Of a DNA stretch of 64,000 bases, positions 18,444 to 29,416 are shown one piece after another. Origin of the DNA: a virus (Duplodnaviria > Caudoviricetes); IMG/VR virus record IMGVR_UViG_3300006139_000004, positions 32,001 through 96,000 of that record, one strand, 5' to 3'. The notes under the pieces were generated by a model, which saw nothing but the letters and a program-made list of their open reading frames with translations, was not told the origin of the DNA and ran no database searches. Positions within the stretch are counted from its first letter, which is position 1. Each line of letters starts with the position of its first letter. The translations under genes and the position numbers were made by a program.

Positions 18444-18950
18444 ATGGACAGAGTTTTATTAAGCACTGGTAATAATAGCTGGGGAACTCCGCAGAAGTTC
18501 TTTGACCGCTTGAATCAAGTATTCCGTTTCACTCTTGATCCGTGTGCAGACGAAAACAATCATAAGTGCGATAAATTCTACACTGTGCAGGATGATGGCC
18601 TCTCGCAAAATTGGGGGGGGCAAGTAGTTTTCTGTAATCCACCGTACAGTCGTAGGACGAAGGATAATCCCGGACAAGAGGATTGGATTGAGAAATGTTG
18701 TTCAGAGAGTGAAAACAACAAGATCACAGCGGTCATGCTTATACCAGCAAGAACAGATACAAGGCCACAACACGAATATGTGTTTGCTCATGCAAAGTAT
18801 ATCTGCTTTGTTAGAGGGCGGTTAAAGTTCAACGATGGTGCTGATCCAGCACCGTTCCCAAGTGAAGTTGTTGTTTTCACTCAAGACAACTTTGACAAAG
18901 AAATCAAAGGTCTTTCAGACCTTGGGTTTTGGATTAAATTAAGGGAGTGA
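18444..18950 (+). CDS. phage N6-adenine DNA methyltransferase; G8 tract in frame
   Basis: WGTPQ, FTLDPCA, FCNPPY, LIPARTDT; G8 at 18613-18620. Confidence 0.9.
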   Translation: MDRVLLSTGNNSWGTPQKFFDRLNQVFRFTLDPCADENNHKCDKFYTVQDDGLSQNWGGQVVFCNPPYSRRTKDNPGQEDWIEKCCSESENNKITAVMLIPARTDTRPQHEYVFAHAKYICFVRGRLKFNDGADPAPFPSEVVVFTQDNFDKEIKGLSDLGFWIKLRE

Positions 18951-18956
18951 TGTGAA

Positions 18957-19686
18957 ATTAAATATGTTGGCAGCAAGTCTCGGATCGCCAAGCATATTGT
19001 TCCTATTATTCAGTCATACATCGACAAAACGGACGCAAACTTTTACTTAGAGCCTTTCATCGGGGGGGGCAAATGTAATTGATAAAATTTCTTGCAAGAG
19101 AAAGATTGGTTACGACATTAATCATTACTTGATTGAGTTATTCAAACATTTGGATATGATAGATGGATTGCCAGATGACATTTCAAAGCAAGAGTATAGT
19201 GATGTAAGGAAGTCGTGGCAAAATCAAGACGGTAAATATCCAGATTGGTATATCGGTGTAGTTGGCTTTCTTGCATCATATAACGGAAAGTTTTTCGGTG
19301 GTCGGGCTGGTACAGTAAGAACAAAGATTGGTACAATCAGAAACTACTATGACGAAGCAAAGCGAAACCTGATGACACAAATCCCAAATTTGTCAGGGAT
19401 TGAATTTGGAGAGTTTGATTACCAGCAACTTGATATGTCTAAGTTCAAAGGCGGCGTAATCTACTGCGATATTCCATATAAGAACACAACAGGCTATCAG
19501 CAGACATTTAATCATGATGAGTTTTGGGCGTGGGCTGAACGATGTTCAAGAGACAATATCGTTTTGGTGTCAGAACAGGTATCCCCGGATGGATGGAAGT
19601 CAATCTGGTCGAAGCCAGTTAAACGAACACTGGATAATGCGTCACGGATTGACATTACGGAACAACTATATATTTTTGACAAATAA
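18957..19686 (+). pseudogene. DNA adenine methylase (Dam/D12 class), frameshifted at a G8 tract
   Basis: KYVGSKSRIAK...EPFIGG then +1 shift at 19062-19069; G7 restores GGANVIDKI continuing to YCDIPY; probable ATT start. Confidence 0.85.
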
Positions 19687-19858
19687 CAAGAAATACAAAT
19701 ATTGGAGATGATAATAGCATGACACGTATGGAACGAAAAAGAGTACATAAAATTCGACTTTTAAGCATTGCTGTGATGGTTGTTGCTTTGGCCTGTATCC
19801 TTGCTTGTTGTACTGCTCCCATGCACCCTGTTCCCGCATTTGGTTGAGGGGGTACAGA

Positions 19859-20610
19859 ATGGTAACAGTAGCTAAAACTTGGGGGGGGGGCAAGCACTAC
19901 CACTTGATAAAGGTTCTTTACGAACAAACGTAATATTCAATGATGATTGTATCAAAGGAATGTCATTGATGCCTGATGAATCGGTTGACTTGATTCTGAC
20001 TGATCCTCCATACAATATAAGCGTTAAAAATAATTTCCATACTTTAAAAGGTAGACATGGGATTGATTTTGGAGAATGGGATAAAGGATTTGATTTAACT
20101 GGTTGGATACCTAATGCGATTCGTATTTTAAAAAGTGGTGGAAACATTATTATTTTTAATGCTTGGAGAAATATGGGACAAATTGCAGATATGCTCGAAC
20201 AAAATGGGTGTTTAATAAAAGAAATGATTCAATGGCAAAAGACAAATCCAATGCCACGGAATAGAGATAGACTTTATGTAACTACTTGTGAATTTGCAAT
20301 TTGGGCTACAAAAGGAAAGGGTTGGACTTTTAATAGGCAAAGAGAAACATATGAAAATACAATTTTTGTTTATCCAATCGTTTCTGCAAAGCAAAGATTT
20401 CATCCTACGCAAAAACCGACAGCCCTAATTGAAGATTTGATAAAAATACATAGCAATGAAAAAGACATAATTTGTGATCCTTTTATGGGAAGTGGTTCAA
20501 CAGCATTGGCAGCATTACATACAGGACGCAAGTTTATTGGATATGAACTTGATGAAAAGTATTATGAAGTTGCTTGTCAACGAGTAGATCAAGAAATGAA
20601 AGGGTGTTGA
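19859..20610 (+). pseudogene. N4/N6 site-specific DNA methyltransferase (beta class), out of frame from its ATG at a G10 tract
   Basis: LILTDPPY, HPTQKP, DPFMGSGST; ATG 19859 after RBS joins the MTase frame only with G8 or G11 at 19881-19890. Confidence 0.8.
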
Positions 20611-20611
20611 A

Positions 20612-21900
20612 ATGCAGCCTATTTTCCCGGAATATATACAATTTTTGAAAAGCCATAATTGTGATGTAGATTGGTTCCATGAAAACACTTTTTGGCTTGA
20701 TAACAACATTGTAAAAGCCTTCAGACGGGGGGGCAAGTAGTTTTATTATACCGTGTATCGGTTGATGATAATTTACATCTGACTTTAACTAAGCATAAGC
20801 AGAATAAAAACTTTGATGACTTTGAAACGTGGCAAGAAGCAATTCAGAGAAATCGAAATAGGCTTTACCAGATAGAACAAGAAAGTATAAATTTGTTGCA
20901 ACAATATGGTTTACATACAGATCGAAGAATTATCAATACAAATTCTACTGGTAAAGATAGTATGGTGGTAACTCATCTTGCTAAAAAAGCTGAATTGAAT
21001 TTTGAAACATTCTTTAATGTCACAACACTTGATGTAGCAGAAAGTAATCAAATGGCAAAGCGCAATGGGTATCAGCACATCTTTCCTGATCCTCAATACG
21101 GTGGATTTTATCAATATGTTCATAATAGCAGAATGATACCAAATAGATTTACAAGATTTTGTTGTCAATATTTCAAGGAAAGGCCAACAATAGATTATTT
21201 CAACGCAGATGACAAACTTTTGTTTATGTTTGGTATTCGTAACGGAGAAAGTAATCAGCGATCAAACTATGAGGATATTATAAAGAATCCATTATGGGGT
21301 AATCGTGATTGGATAGGGGTTTTACCTATTCGCAAGTGGTCAGAATTAGATATTTGGCTTTATATTCTTGCAGAAGATATTGAAGTAAATCCTAAATACA
21401 AATATGGATATACAAGAGTTGGATGTGGAATTGCTTGTCCGTATTATACAAAATACACATGGGTTCTTGATAAGTTCTGGTATCCATATCTTTATAATCG
21501 TTGGAGAGATATTCTTCGTAATGATTTTGTCAGTAACAATAAATGGCTGATTATGAATTGCACAATTAAAGAATATGTTACAAAAGCATGGACAGGTGGT
21601 GTCTTTCGTACAGAGCCAACAGATGAGGTCATTCAGGAATATGCAGAACATTCCGGGTTAGATATAGAAGTTGCGAAAAAGTATTTCAACCGATATTGTT
21701 CAAATGGCTGTATTAGCAAGCGAAGTCAGCCATTAAAAATAAAAGATAAAAACACTTTAGCAATGAACATGAAGATGTTTGGTCGTGATATTGAGAAATT
21801 CAAATGCAAGAAGTGTTTAATGAAAGAGTTTGGATGGACTCAAGAACAATGGAATAAACAAGTTAATGAATTCAAAAATCAAGGATGCAGACTATTTTGA
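20612..21900 (+). pseudogene. PAPS-reductase-family protein, frameshifted at a G7 tract
   Basis: NSTGKDS, RFCC..FKE, GIR..ES..R, PIRKWSELDIW, RVGC; ATG 20612 frame hits TAG just after 20727-20733; G8 fuses it to ORF 20893-21900. Confidence 0.85.
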
Positions 21901-21912
21901 TTATAAGGAGAG

Positions 21913-22317
21913 ATGCTAATGAAAATTTACTATGCTCATCATGTTTGGAAGTACGATACGCCTATAGAAAATTTTGAAATCAAGTGTATTGAACGGCAAT
22001 TTAAAGATGCAGTTATTGTAAATCCTCGCACAACCATCCCGCAAGATCAACCAGAAAGCGTCATTCTTGATTACGCATATAAAGCACTCGATGACTGTGA
22101 GGCTATTGTGTTCTCTACATTTTCAGGAATGATCGGACATGGAGTATTTAATGAAATCATCTATGCTTTTAATGCTGGAAAGAAAGTATATCAGCTTGAC
22201 GGAACTGAATGTATTGAAATTAGAAGTTACACAGATTTTATTGAGCATGGAATTCGTGATTTTATTTTCCGTGGTGATAACAGAATGTACGCCGTTGTAA
22301 ATTCTCCATGTTGGTGA
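21913..22317 (+). CDS. nucleoside 2-deoxyribosyltransferase-like protein
   Basis: KIYYAH...VNP...CEAIVF...GVFNEIIYAFNAGKKV pattern. Confidence 0.55.
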   Translation: MLMKIYYAHHVWKYDTPIENFEIKCIERQFKDAVIVNPRTTIPQDQPESVILDYAYKALDDCEAIVFSTFSGMIGHGVFNEIIYAFNAGKKVYQLDGTECIEIRSYTDFIEHGIRDFIFRGDNRMYAVVNSPCW

Positions 22318-22318
22318 T

Positions 22319-23194
22319 GTGATGGGATTAAGAGTTTTATCAATTTGTGGTGGTCTTGAAACTGGATTGCTGGCTTTAAAAGAATTAGGAATACCAGTTG
22401 ATGAATACCATACTTATGAAATTTTTGAACCAGCTATCGAACTTAGTAAAAGGCATTTTCCTGAAATTATTCATCATGGAGATGTTATTGGAGCAGATTT
22501 TTCACAGTTTAAAGGTTTTGATCTGGTGATGGCTGGTACGTGCTGCCAGAGTTTATCGGTAGTCCGGCAAGAAAACAATCAAGTATGTTCAGGACTGAAG
22601 GGCAAATCTGGCATTTTCTTTGAGTATGCAAGAGCCGTCAAAGAAATTCAGCCAAAATGGTTCCTGTTGGAGAATGTAGTTCCAAAAAGCAAGACTGATC
22701 AGAATATTATTACCGATAACTTGGGGGGGCAAATTCCTCAGTTGATAAATTCAAATCTCTTTTCTGCACAAGACAGGGAGAGATTGTATTGGACGAATAT
22801 TCATATTGGTTCGCTGCCTAAATTAAACACAACCGTCCTGAAAGATATAATGGTATCAGATGCGCCAGAGAAAGATTATTATGATAAACCATATATCTTT
22901 CATGGTGAAGATAAAAAAGTAATCGCTACATTACAAGTTAATACACATGATATGTTGAAACGAGTTTACAATCCTCAATTTAAATGTGCAACTTTGACTT
23001 GTGTGAATGGTGGTTATCAAGAAAAGAAAGTTTGGGATAATGGACGTATTCGCAAACTGACACCTGTTGAGTATGAGAGGTTACAAACATTGCCAGATAA
23101 TTTTACAGAAGGATATAGTGACAATGTTCGGCGTTCACTCTGCGGCAATGGGTGGACAAAAGAGGTTATAAAGCATATTTTCAAGGGCTTATAA
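22319..23194 (+). CDS. C5 cytosine DNA methyltransferase; G7 tract in frame
   Basis: LSICGG, GTCCQ (PCQ variant), FLLENV, QDRERLY, ERLQTLP, GNGW; G7 at 22723-22729. Confidence 0.9.
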   Translation: MMGLRVLSICGGLETGLLALKELGIPVDEYHTYEIFEPAIELSKRHFPEIIHHGDVIGADFSQFKGFDLVMAGTCCQSLSVVRQENNQVCSGLKGKSGIFFEYARAVKEIQPKWFLLENVVPKSKTDQNIITDNLGGQIPQLINSNLFSAQDRERLYWTNIHIGSLPKLNTTVLKDIMVSDAPEKDYYDKPYIFHGEDKKVIATLQVNTHDMLKRVYNPQFKCATLTCVNGGYQEKKVWDNGRIRKLTPVEYERLQTLPDNFTEGYSDNVRRSLCGNGWTKEVIKHIFKGL

Positions 23195-23824
23195 CAATAA
23201 ATACAACAAGAAAGAAGGTATAAGATGGCAAAGATTGTAGAGTTAGAAAGTGGCACTAATCCTGTTGAGGAAGTTACTGATCCAAAGCAGAAGGCAAAGA
23301 ACGAGACAGAGGAAATGATTCAGCGTTTGATGAAAAAGGCATATGTGCTTGGATTGTCTGCTGGTATGAAAACCATGTGTGGTTCTATTCTTGAGAAGAT
23401 GAATCAGAATAAGAATCTTAATCCTCAGAAGCAGTTGATGCTTTTACGTCAGTGGTGTAATCACAATTTGGCAATTAACAACAAACAGGACGAGAACAAC
23501 GATACAGAAAGCAAGTCAGAGGAAACTACAAATAATACAGATAAAAAGGAGAATGAAAATGATGCGTAAGTCACAGAGCAATTCCACTATTTTGACCGAA
23601 AAGGCGGCGCAGTTAGACAGTCTGATGAAGGATTCTGAGAACGCAGTATCCGTGATTACCACAACGATTGATAGGCTGGCAAATGTAAATGCCCGTATCA
23701 ATTCTACTCGTCAGGAGATTGAGTCCTATAAGGCCGAACTTGAGCGTTTGGATGGTTCTATGGAGCAGCAGTTCTCTCACAACGCTAAGATCATCGAGAA
23801 GTTTAAGAACTTTCTGGAGGACTA

Positions 23825-24385
23825 ATGAATAGGGATACGTTTGAAAAAGAAATTGGCTGGATTCATTCAGAGAAAATTGCAAAGTTTGCTACATATTGTG
23901 TAAACAATCTTCCTGACTATTTCTTTACGGTTCCTGCATCGTCAAGTGGCAAGTATCATCCTTCTTATGCTCTTGGAGATGGTGGCCTTGTCCGGCATAC
24001 CAAAGCTGCTGTATCCATTGCTCATGAACTGTTTAATCTTGAAATGTTCCCATTTACTAATGACGAGCAAGACTTGATTATTGTAAGCCTTATTCTTCAT
24101 GATGGCTTGAAACAGGGTGATGGCAATGGAAAGAGGACAGTATTTGACCATCCTATTTTTGCAGCGAATTTTGTAAAGAGGTGCAATATTGAAAGTCAGT
24201 TGTTGACTGATGAACAGGAAGCCTTTGTAGTAAACGCCATTGAATCTCATATGGGGCAATGGAATACATCAAAGTATTCTAAAGTTGAGTTGCCAAAGCC
24301 TAAGAATAAGTTTCAGAAATATGTTCATCTGTGTGACTATCTGGCCTCACGAAAGTATTTGGAATTTAATTTTGAAGCTATTTAA
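23825..24385 (+). CDS. HD-domain hydrolase
   Basis: SSSGKYHP, GGLVRHT, LHDGLK, SHMG, HLCDYLASR. Confidence 0.85.
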   Translation: MNRDTFEKEIGWIHSEKIAKFATYCVNNLPDYFFTVPASSSGKYHPSYALGDGGLVRHTKAAVSIAHELFNLEMFPFTNDEQDLIIVSLILHDGLKQGDGNGKRTVFDHPIFAANFVKRCNIESQLLTDEQEAFVVNAIESHMGQWNTSKYSKVELPKPKNKFQKYVHLCDYLASRKYLEFNFEAI

Positions 24386-24408
24386 AAACAGTAAAGGAGA
24401 AAAAGTAA

Positions 24409-25611
24409 ATGAGTTATCAAGCACGATTCAGTTTTGTTGGTACTCCCGTCATTCCCAAGCAGAAGTCAGATACCAAGCGTCCTTTCTGCAAGGAGGGTGA
24501 GTATGTTGATAAGCAGACTAAAAAGAAGCGCAAGACACTTTCTATGACGTTTGGTGTTAAGGAAACGGACTCAAATATGGCATTTGTTGAGGCTTTTGAT
24601 AGTGTTCAGTCCACAATTAAGACAATGGATGCCGACAATGAGAAGATGGATGTTGATTGGGATGACCGTTTCGATGAGGAAATTGTTGATAAGGTTGCCA
24701 GTTATCGTAAGTACATTGTTGATCTTGGTGAGGAATGTGGTGGTCGGCAGGAGTTCATCACCGTCTATGACATGATTCAGCACTTGCAGGAGTATCTTCC
24801 TCAGTACGATGGGCGTGTGGTGGTTACAGGCCAGTTCACTCGTGATTGGTACGCCAAGAAGAAGATGTATTTTAGCAAGTTCCGTATCCAGAATGTTTTT
24901 GCCGCCCCCGAAGAGCGCAAGAGTCGTTTGCTGATTACTGCTGATTTGTTCTATAACAAGTCCAGTCTGGATGATTCTGATTATGCAGAGAATAAGAAGA
25001 TGACTCTGGATTGCTACATTGAGCAGTATATTAACAAGGATGAGGGTAGGAAGTTTGTTCCCATTCAGTGTGTGTTCTCTGGCGCAAAGTATGATCCTGA
25101 GAATGAGAAGCACAAGAAGCTGCTGGCTAACAAGATGAGTTATCTTAATGTTGCCAAGATGAAGGTTCAGAACGATCAGGATGAGATTGTTACTGTAAAG
25201 GGTGATGAGTACGTCCATATCCCTTGGGAGATTGTTCTTCTGCGTGGTGCTGAAGAAGTTGACTTTGACGAGTCTATGTTGACTGAGCGGCAGCGTGAAC
25301 AAGTTGAACTTGGTATTCGCACTGTTGATGATTTCCGTCCGAAGGGAAATGTCTTTGGTGATCGGGTTGATGAATTCAGACTGAAGGATGTTATCATTTC
25401 GTCTGACGATTTCAAAGATGGATATTGTCGGCTTGCTGATGACAAGGGAGATGAGTTCGAGGAAAAGATTTATCAGCCTCCGCAGGATGAAACTATGGAA
25501 GAGGCTAAAAAGAACTCTAAGAAAGCCAAGAACACCGAGTCTAATGACGATGATCCTCCGTTTGACGAGGACAAGAAGAATGATGGTGTTGATGAAGATG
25601 ACCTGTTTTAA
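24409..25611 (+). CDS. putative ssDNA-binding/recombination protein with acidic tail
   Basis: acidic C-terminus (DDDPPF..DEDDLF), position before the ATPase in the replication module. Confidence 0.5.
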   Translation: MSYQARFSFVGTPVIPKQKSDTKRPFCKEGEYVDKQTKKKRKTLSMTFGVKETDSNMAFVEAFDSVQSTIKTMDADNEKMDVDWDDRFDEEIVDKVASYRKYIVDLGEECGGRQEFITVYDMIQHLQEYLPQYDGRVVVTGQFTRDWYAKKKMYFSKFRIQNVFAAPEERKSRLLITADLFYNKSSLDDSDYAENKKMTLDCYIEQYINKDEGRKFVPIQCVFSGAKYDPENEKHKKLLANKMSYLNVAKMKVQNDQDEIVTVKGDEYVHIPWEIVLLRGAEEVDFDESMLTERQREQVELGIRTVDDFRPKGNVFGDRVDEFRLKDVIISSDDFKDGYCRLADDKGDEFEEKIYQPPQDETMEEAKKNSKKAKNTESNDDDPPFDEDKKNDGVDEDDLF

Positions 25612-25628
25612 GGGGGAGGTAGATAAAT

Positions 25629-26768
25629 ATGGCAAGGAAATTTGGACAGAAGCGTGAGATTTGCATTGACCCTTTGGCTTATAACATTGGTCTGATCGGT
25701 GAGAGTGGTATTGGTAAGTCCACTGTTATCAAGGAGGTCTGTGAGAAGTTGGCTGGTGATGAGGGCTATATTGCCCTCGACATTGGTAAGGAAGATGGAC
25801 ACGATGCTATTAATGGGATTGTATCTGAAAAGATTCCTGATTGGGCTAAATTCAAGGAGTTCTGTGATGACGTGATTGAAAATAAGTTGACTGATTACAA
25901 GGATTTGCGTGTTGTTGTTCTTGATACATTTGATCAGTTGCTTGAGATTGCGGAGCCTGAAGTTATCCGTATGCACAATAGGGCTAATCCTGATAAGCCA
26001 AAGATTACTTCTATTAAGGCAGCGTTCGGCGGCTTTATGGCTGGCGAGGATAAGGCAATTCAGATTGTACTTGATAAGTTGTGGGAACTGAAGGGCGTTG
26101 GTGTTTCATTTATTGCGATTGGACATACCAAGAAAAAGGATGTTGATGATCCGATTACTGGTGAGTCTTATTCTATCTTGACAACCAATATGAGCCAGCG
26201 TTATTTCAATGCCCTCAAGACCAAGTTGCATTTTCTTGGTGTCGCCTACATTGACCGTGAGATTGTCAAGCAGAAAACGGGCAAGAAGAATGTTGTTACC
26301 AAGCAGGAAGAAGTCAAGGGTAAGGTTATGAGTGAGAGCCGCCGCATTTCTTTCCGTGATGATAACTACAGTGTCGATTCTAAGTCTCGCTTTGCTGATA
26401 TTGTTGATGAAATTCCTCTGGATTCTGACGCTTTTATCAAGGCAATCACTGATGCAATTATGGCTGAACACAGTAAGGGCGACAAGACTGTGGAACAGTC
26501 TAAGAAAGATTTAGAGAAGGCACGTAAGCAGAAGGAGGCCGAGGTTGCTGAGAAGCTGGAACATGATGCAGCAAACAAGGTTGACGAGGAAAAGAACGCC
26601 GAGTTGGTTAGCACCATTCAGAATAAGTTCTCTGATGTAAGTGCCGCAACTAAGAAAAAGGTAAAGGCTTTTATGGCAGAGCATGATATTCCGAATTTCA
26701 AGAACGCAGATGAAATTCCTACTGCGAACCTTGAGGCCATTGTCGCTATGCTGAATGAGGATGAATGA
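25629..26768 (+). CDS. AAA-family ATPase (Sak4-like recombinase candidate)
   Basis: GESGIGKST, VVLDT, IGH. Confidence 0.75.
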   Translation: MARKFGQKREICIDPLAYNIGLIGESGIGKSTVIKEVCEKLAGDEGYIALDIGKEDGHDAINGIVSEKIPDWAKFKEFCDDVIENKLTDYKDLRVVVLDTFDQLLEIAEPEVIRMHNRANPDKPKITSIKAAFGGFMAGEDKAIQIVLDKLWELKGVGVSFIAIGHTKKKDVDDPITGESYSILTTNMSQRYFNALKTKLHFLGVAYIDREIVKQKTGKKNVVTKQEEVKGKVMSESRRISFRDDNYSVDSKSRFADIVDEIPLDSDAFIKAITDAIMAEHSKGDKTVEQSKKDLEKARKQKEAEVAEKLEHDAANKVDEEKNAELVSTIQNKFSDVSAATKKKVKAFMAEHDIPNFKNADEIPTANLEAIVAMLNEDE

Positions 26769-27057
26769 TATGAATAGATACAGTAGTGGTAGTATTATTG
26801 GTTGGATCATCGGTATTATTCTGTTTTGTATCTTTGAGCCTGTCATTTATTTTGGCCTTGCCTATTTTGGTGGCTGGATTATGCAGATGTGTATTGGCAC
26901 TACAATTACAAACGGATTAAACTTGATGTTTGACACGACACGATTCACACCAGATATTATTCCTCTGGCTTGTGGTACACTCGCAACAATCGGCAGCTTC
27001 TTTAAGACACGTGTAAGCAGTAATAGTAGCAAGTGATTCAAAGGAGGATAATCAGTT

Positions 27058-27564
27058 ATGGCAAGGTCATGTAAATGCCATATCACGGGTGAAACCGGGA
27101 CAACTGATACCTTTGTAAAGATTGGGAAGTATTACTATAAAAATCAAGAGATATATGATGCAGAGCAAAAGCAAAAGGAAACTTATAAATCTCTGATTGA
27201 TTATATCTGCTATGAGTTTTTGGGATATGGGGATGGTCAGCCCTTCCCCACATCCCTTCCCAAAAAAATTAAGGAACTTTCATTCTACGATTATGAAACC
27301 ATTCTGGAAACTTTTCAGAAATGTCACGATGATATTTGTTACTGGATGGAACATAAACAATTTGAAACAGAGTATGGAAAGTTATCTTACATCTTTGCAA
27401 TGGTAAAAGACAAACTCTCTGATGTACGTTCTGATCGTATTCGTAGAGAAAAGCAAAGTGAGAATACAAAGAAAACCGAAATCGAATGTGGTGATTTGTC
27501 CAGCATTGGCACAAAACGCAGAGGGAAGGATATAAGCAGCTTTCTTAATGATGACGAATTATAA
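27058..27564 (+). CDS. hypothetical replication-module protein
   Basis: ORF with GGAGG RBS. Confidence 0.55.
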   Translation: MARSCKCHITGETGTTDTFVKIGKYYYKNQEIYDAEQKQKETYKSLIDYICYEFLGYGDGQPFPTSLPKKIKELSFYDYETILETFQKCHDDICYWMEHKQFETEYGKLSYIFAMVKDKLSDVRSDRIRREKQSENTKKTEIECGDLSSIGTKRRGKDISSFLNDDEL

Positions 27565-27918
27565 GGAGGAACTGGCAATGACTGAACGTGAATATTTCGA
27601 TGCGGTAGAAAAGATTATTAACAAGGCACTCGCCGCTGGCATGACATTAGATGAAATCTGTGAGAAGTTAGGAATTACTACTGATGGCTGATTATCATGT
27701 TGGTGCGGGCTGTTTTGGCATATATGCAGGAACATTAAACAAGAAGGGCAATTTGTGGCAAAACAAAACTGAATGTACAGATGAAGCCATAAATGCTGTC
27801 CGTGATTACATGGTGCAAGAGTTGCTTGGTGGTCTTGATTGTACTAAAACATCGTCCAATGGCTATCAATGGACATTAAAAGATGGTCGAATTGTAGAAC
27901 TCCGAGTGACAATTAAGG

Positions 27919-29397
27919 ATGGTGATACAAATAAGTCTTAAAAATTATCCGCAGGAATTAATTAAAGGTCGAGAGAGCGCAGAGGCTACGTTTGTATTTT
28001 GCCTATGGAAGCAGCCAGATTTATTTGACGATTTTCAGAGAATTAATGTCAATGATGATCGGACGCTAAAAACTGAAGATGGTACATTTTATTTCTCGCT
28101 TGGGCGACAAATGTATAATCAAGGGTTTAGATCATTTGACAATGTTACAATTTACACATTTCTTGAAAATAAGCCTACTGTTAAAAAGCACTTTGATGAA
28201 CTTGGAGGTTATGCGACAGTTAGTGAACTTTGCTCATTAGTCAATCCTGAAAACGTTGATGCTTACTATGACAAGATTGCAAAAATGAATACCTTAATGA
28301 CATTACATGATAAGGGGTTCAATGTGATCGACAACATAGAAAAGTTTGCAAAGATGACTAATCAAGAAGTGTATGATTATTATGATTACATTTTGAACAG
28401 TGTAAGCATTAAGAATACACATGATATTGATGTTGAAACGTTAGAGATTGATGACAAGTTTCTAAAGGAATGTGATGAAGGGTCTGCACAGGGAATTAGC
28501 TATGGGGCGCATTGTCCGATCCTGAACTATTTGACTCTTGGTACACCTCTTGGTGATATGTATATGTTTGCTGGACATAGTGGTGTCGGCAAAACTTCTT
28601 TTGTCTTTGAGAATATGATTTTGCCAATGACAGAAGATGGTGTGAAGTGTGCGGTAATCAGCAATGAGCAGCGGTCAAAAGATTTCAAGCAGTTGTTGCT
28701 TGTTCATATTATGACAACTGAACTTGATTATTGGGGATTAACCAGAAAGAAGTTAAAAATTGGCAACTTCACAGATGAACAGTGGGAATATTTGCGTAAG
28801 GCCAAGAAAATATCTCAAGAGAAGTATGGAAACATTCAGTTTGTAAAGTTGTTCGACAATGATATGAACAAGGTCAAAAGGATCATTAAGAAACTTGCCA
28901 AGTTGGGGTATCAGGCAATAATGTTTGACACGATGAAATCTGAGGATGAGATTGATGAGGCTATGTGGCAACAACTTCTTATCCATAGTCGAAAACTGTT
29001 TCAGATTACAAGTCGGGAAAATATTTCTCTGATCTGTACTTATCAACTTGCCTTACATACTTTGAACAAGCGGTATTTGGATGCCAGTTGTCTTTCTAAT
29101 GCCAAGCAAATCAAGGAAGTCTTTTCTGAGATGGTATATGCAAGGCCGCTTTGGGATGATGAATACCCCGGAGAAAAGTTTGATGTAAAAGCATACCAAC
29201 TGGAGAAAGATAGTAGCGGTAAGTATACAAATGTACGAAAAACAATTCCATTGGATCGAGATAAGAAATATATTGTTGCATTTCTTGATAAAACAAGAAA
29301 CGATGATGACAAAATTCAAGTCCTTTATCAATTCAATGGCAGATTCAATCGTTGGAAAGAGATTGGATATTGTTCTGTATTTAATGAACACAAGTAA
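27919..29397 (+). CDS. DnaB-like replicative helicase
   Basis: GHSGVGKT, SNEQ, FDTMK, YQL, DKTR. Confidence 0.85.
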   Translation: MVIQISLKNYPQELIKGRESAEATFVFCLWKQPDLFDDFQRINVNDDRTLKTEDGTFYFSLGRQMYNQGFRSFDNVTIYTFLENKPTVKKHFDELGGYATVSELCSLVNPENVDAYYDKIAKMNTLMTLHDKGFNVIDNIEKFAKMTNQEVYDYYDYILNSVSIKNTHDIDVETLEIDDKFLKECDEGSAQGISYGAHCPILNYLTLGTPLGDMYMFAGHSGVGKTSFVFENMILPMTEDGVKCAVISNEQRSKDFKQLLLVHIMTTELDYWGLTRKKLKIGNFTDEQWEYLRKAKKISQEKYGNIQFVKLFDNDMNKVKRIIKKLAKLGYQAIMFDTMKSEDEIDEAMWQQLLIHSRKLFQITSRENISLICTYQLALHTLNKRYLDASCLSNAKQIKEVFSEMVYARPLWDDEYPGEKFDVKAYQLEKDSSGKYTNVRKTIPLDRDKKYIVAFLDKTRNDDDKIQVLYQFNGRFNRWKEIGYCSVFNEHK

Positions 29398-29416
29398 ATT
29401 ATAAGGAGTAAAAGCA

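Noticed and set aside
24571-25635. 354-aa minus-strand ORF and similar long antisense ORFs (e.g. 7929-8732)
   Set aside because: Shadows of strongly codon-biased + strand genes; no RBS or recognisable domains.
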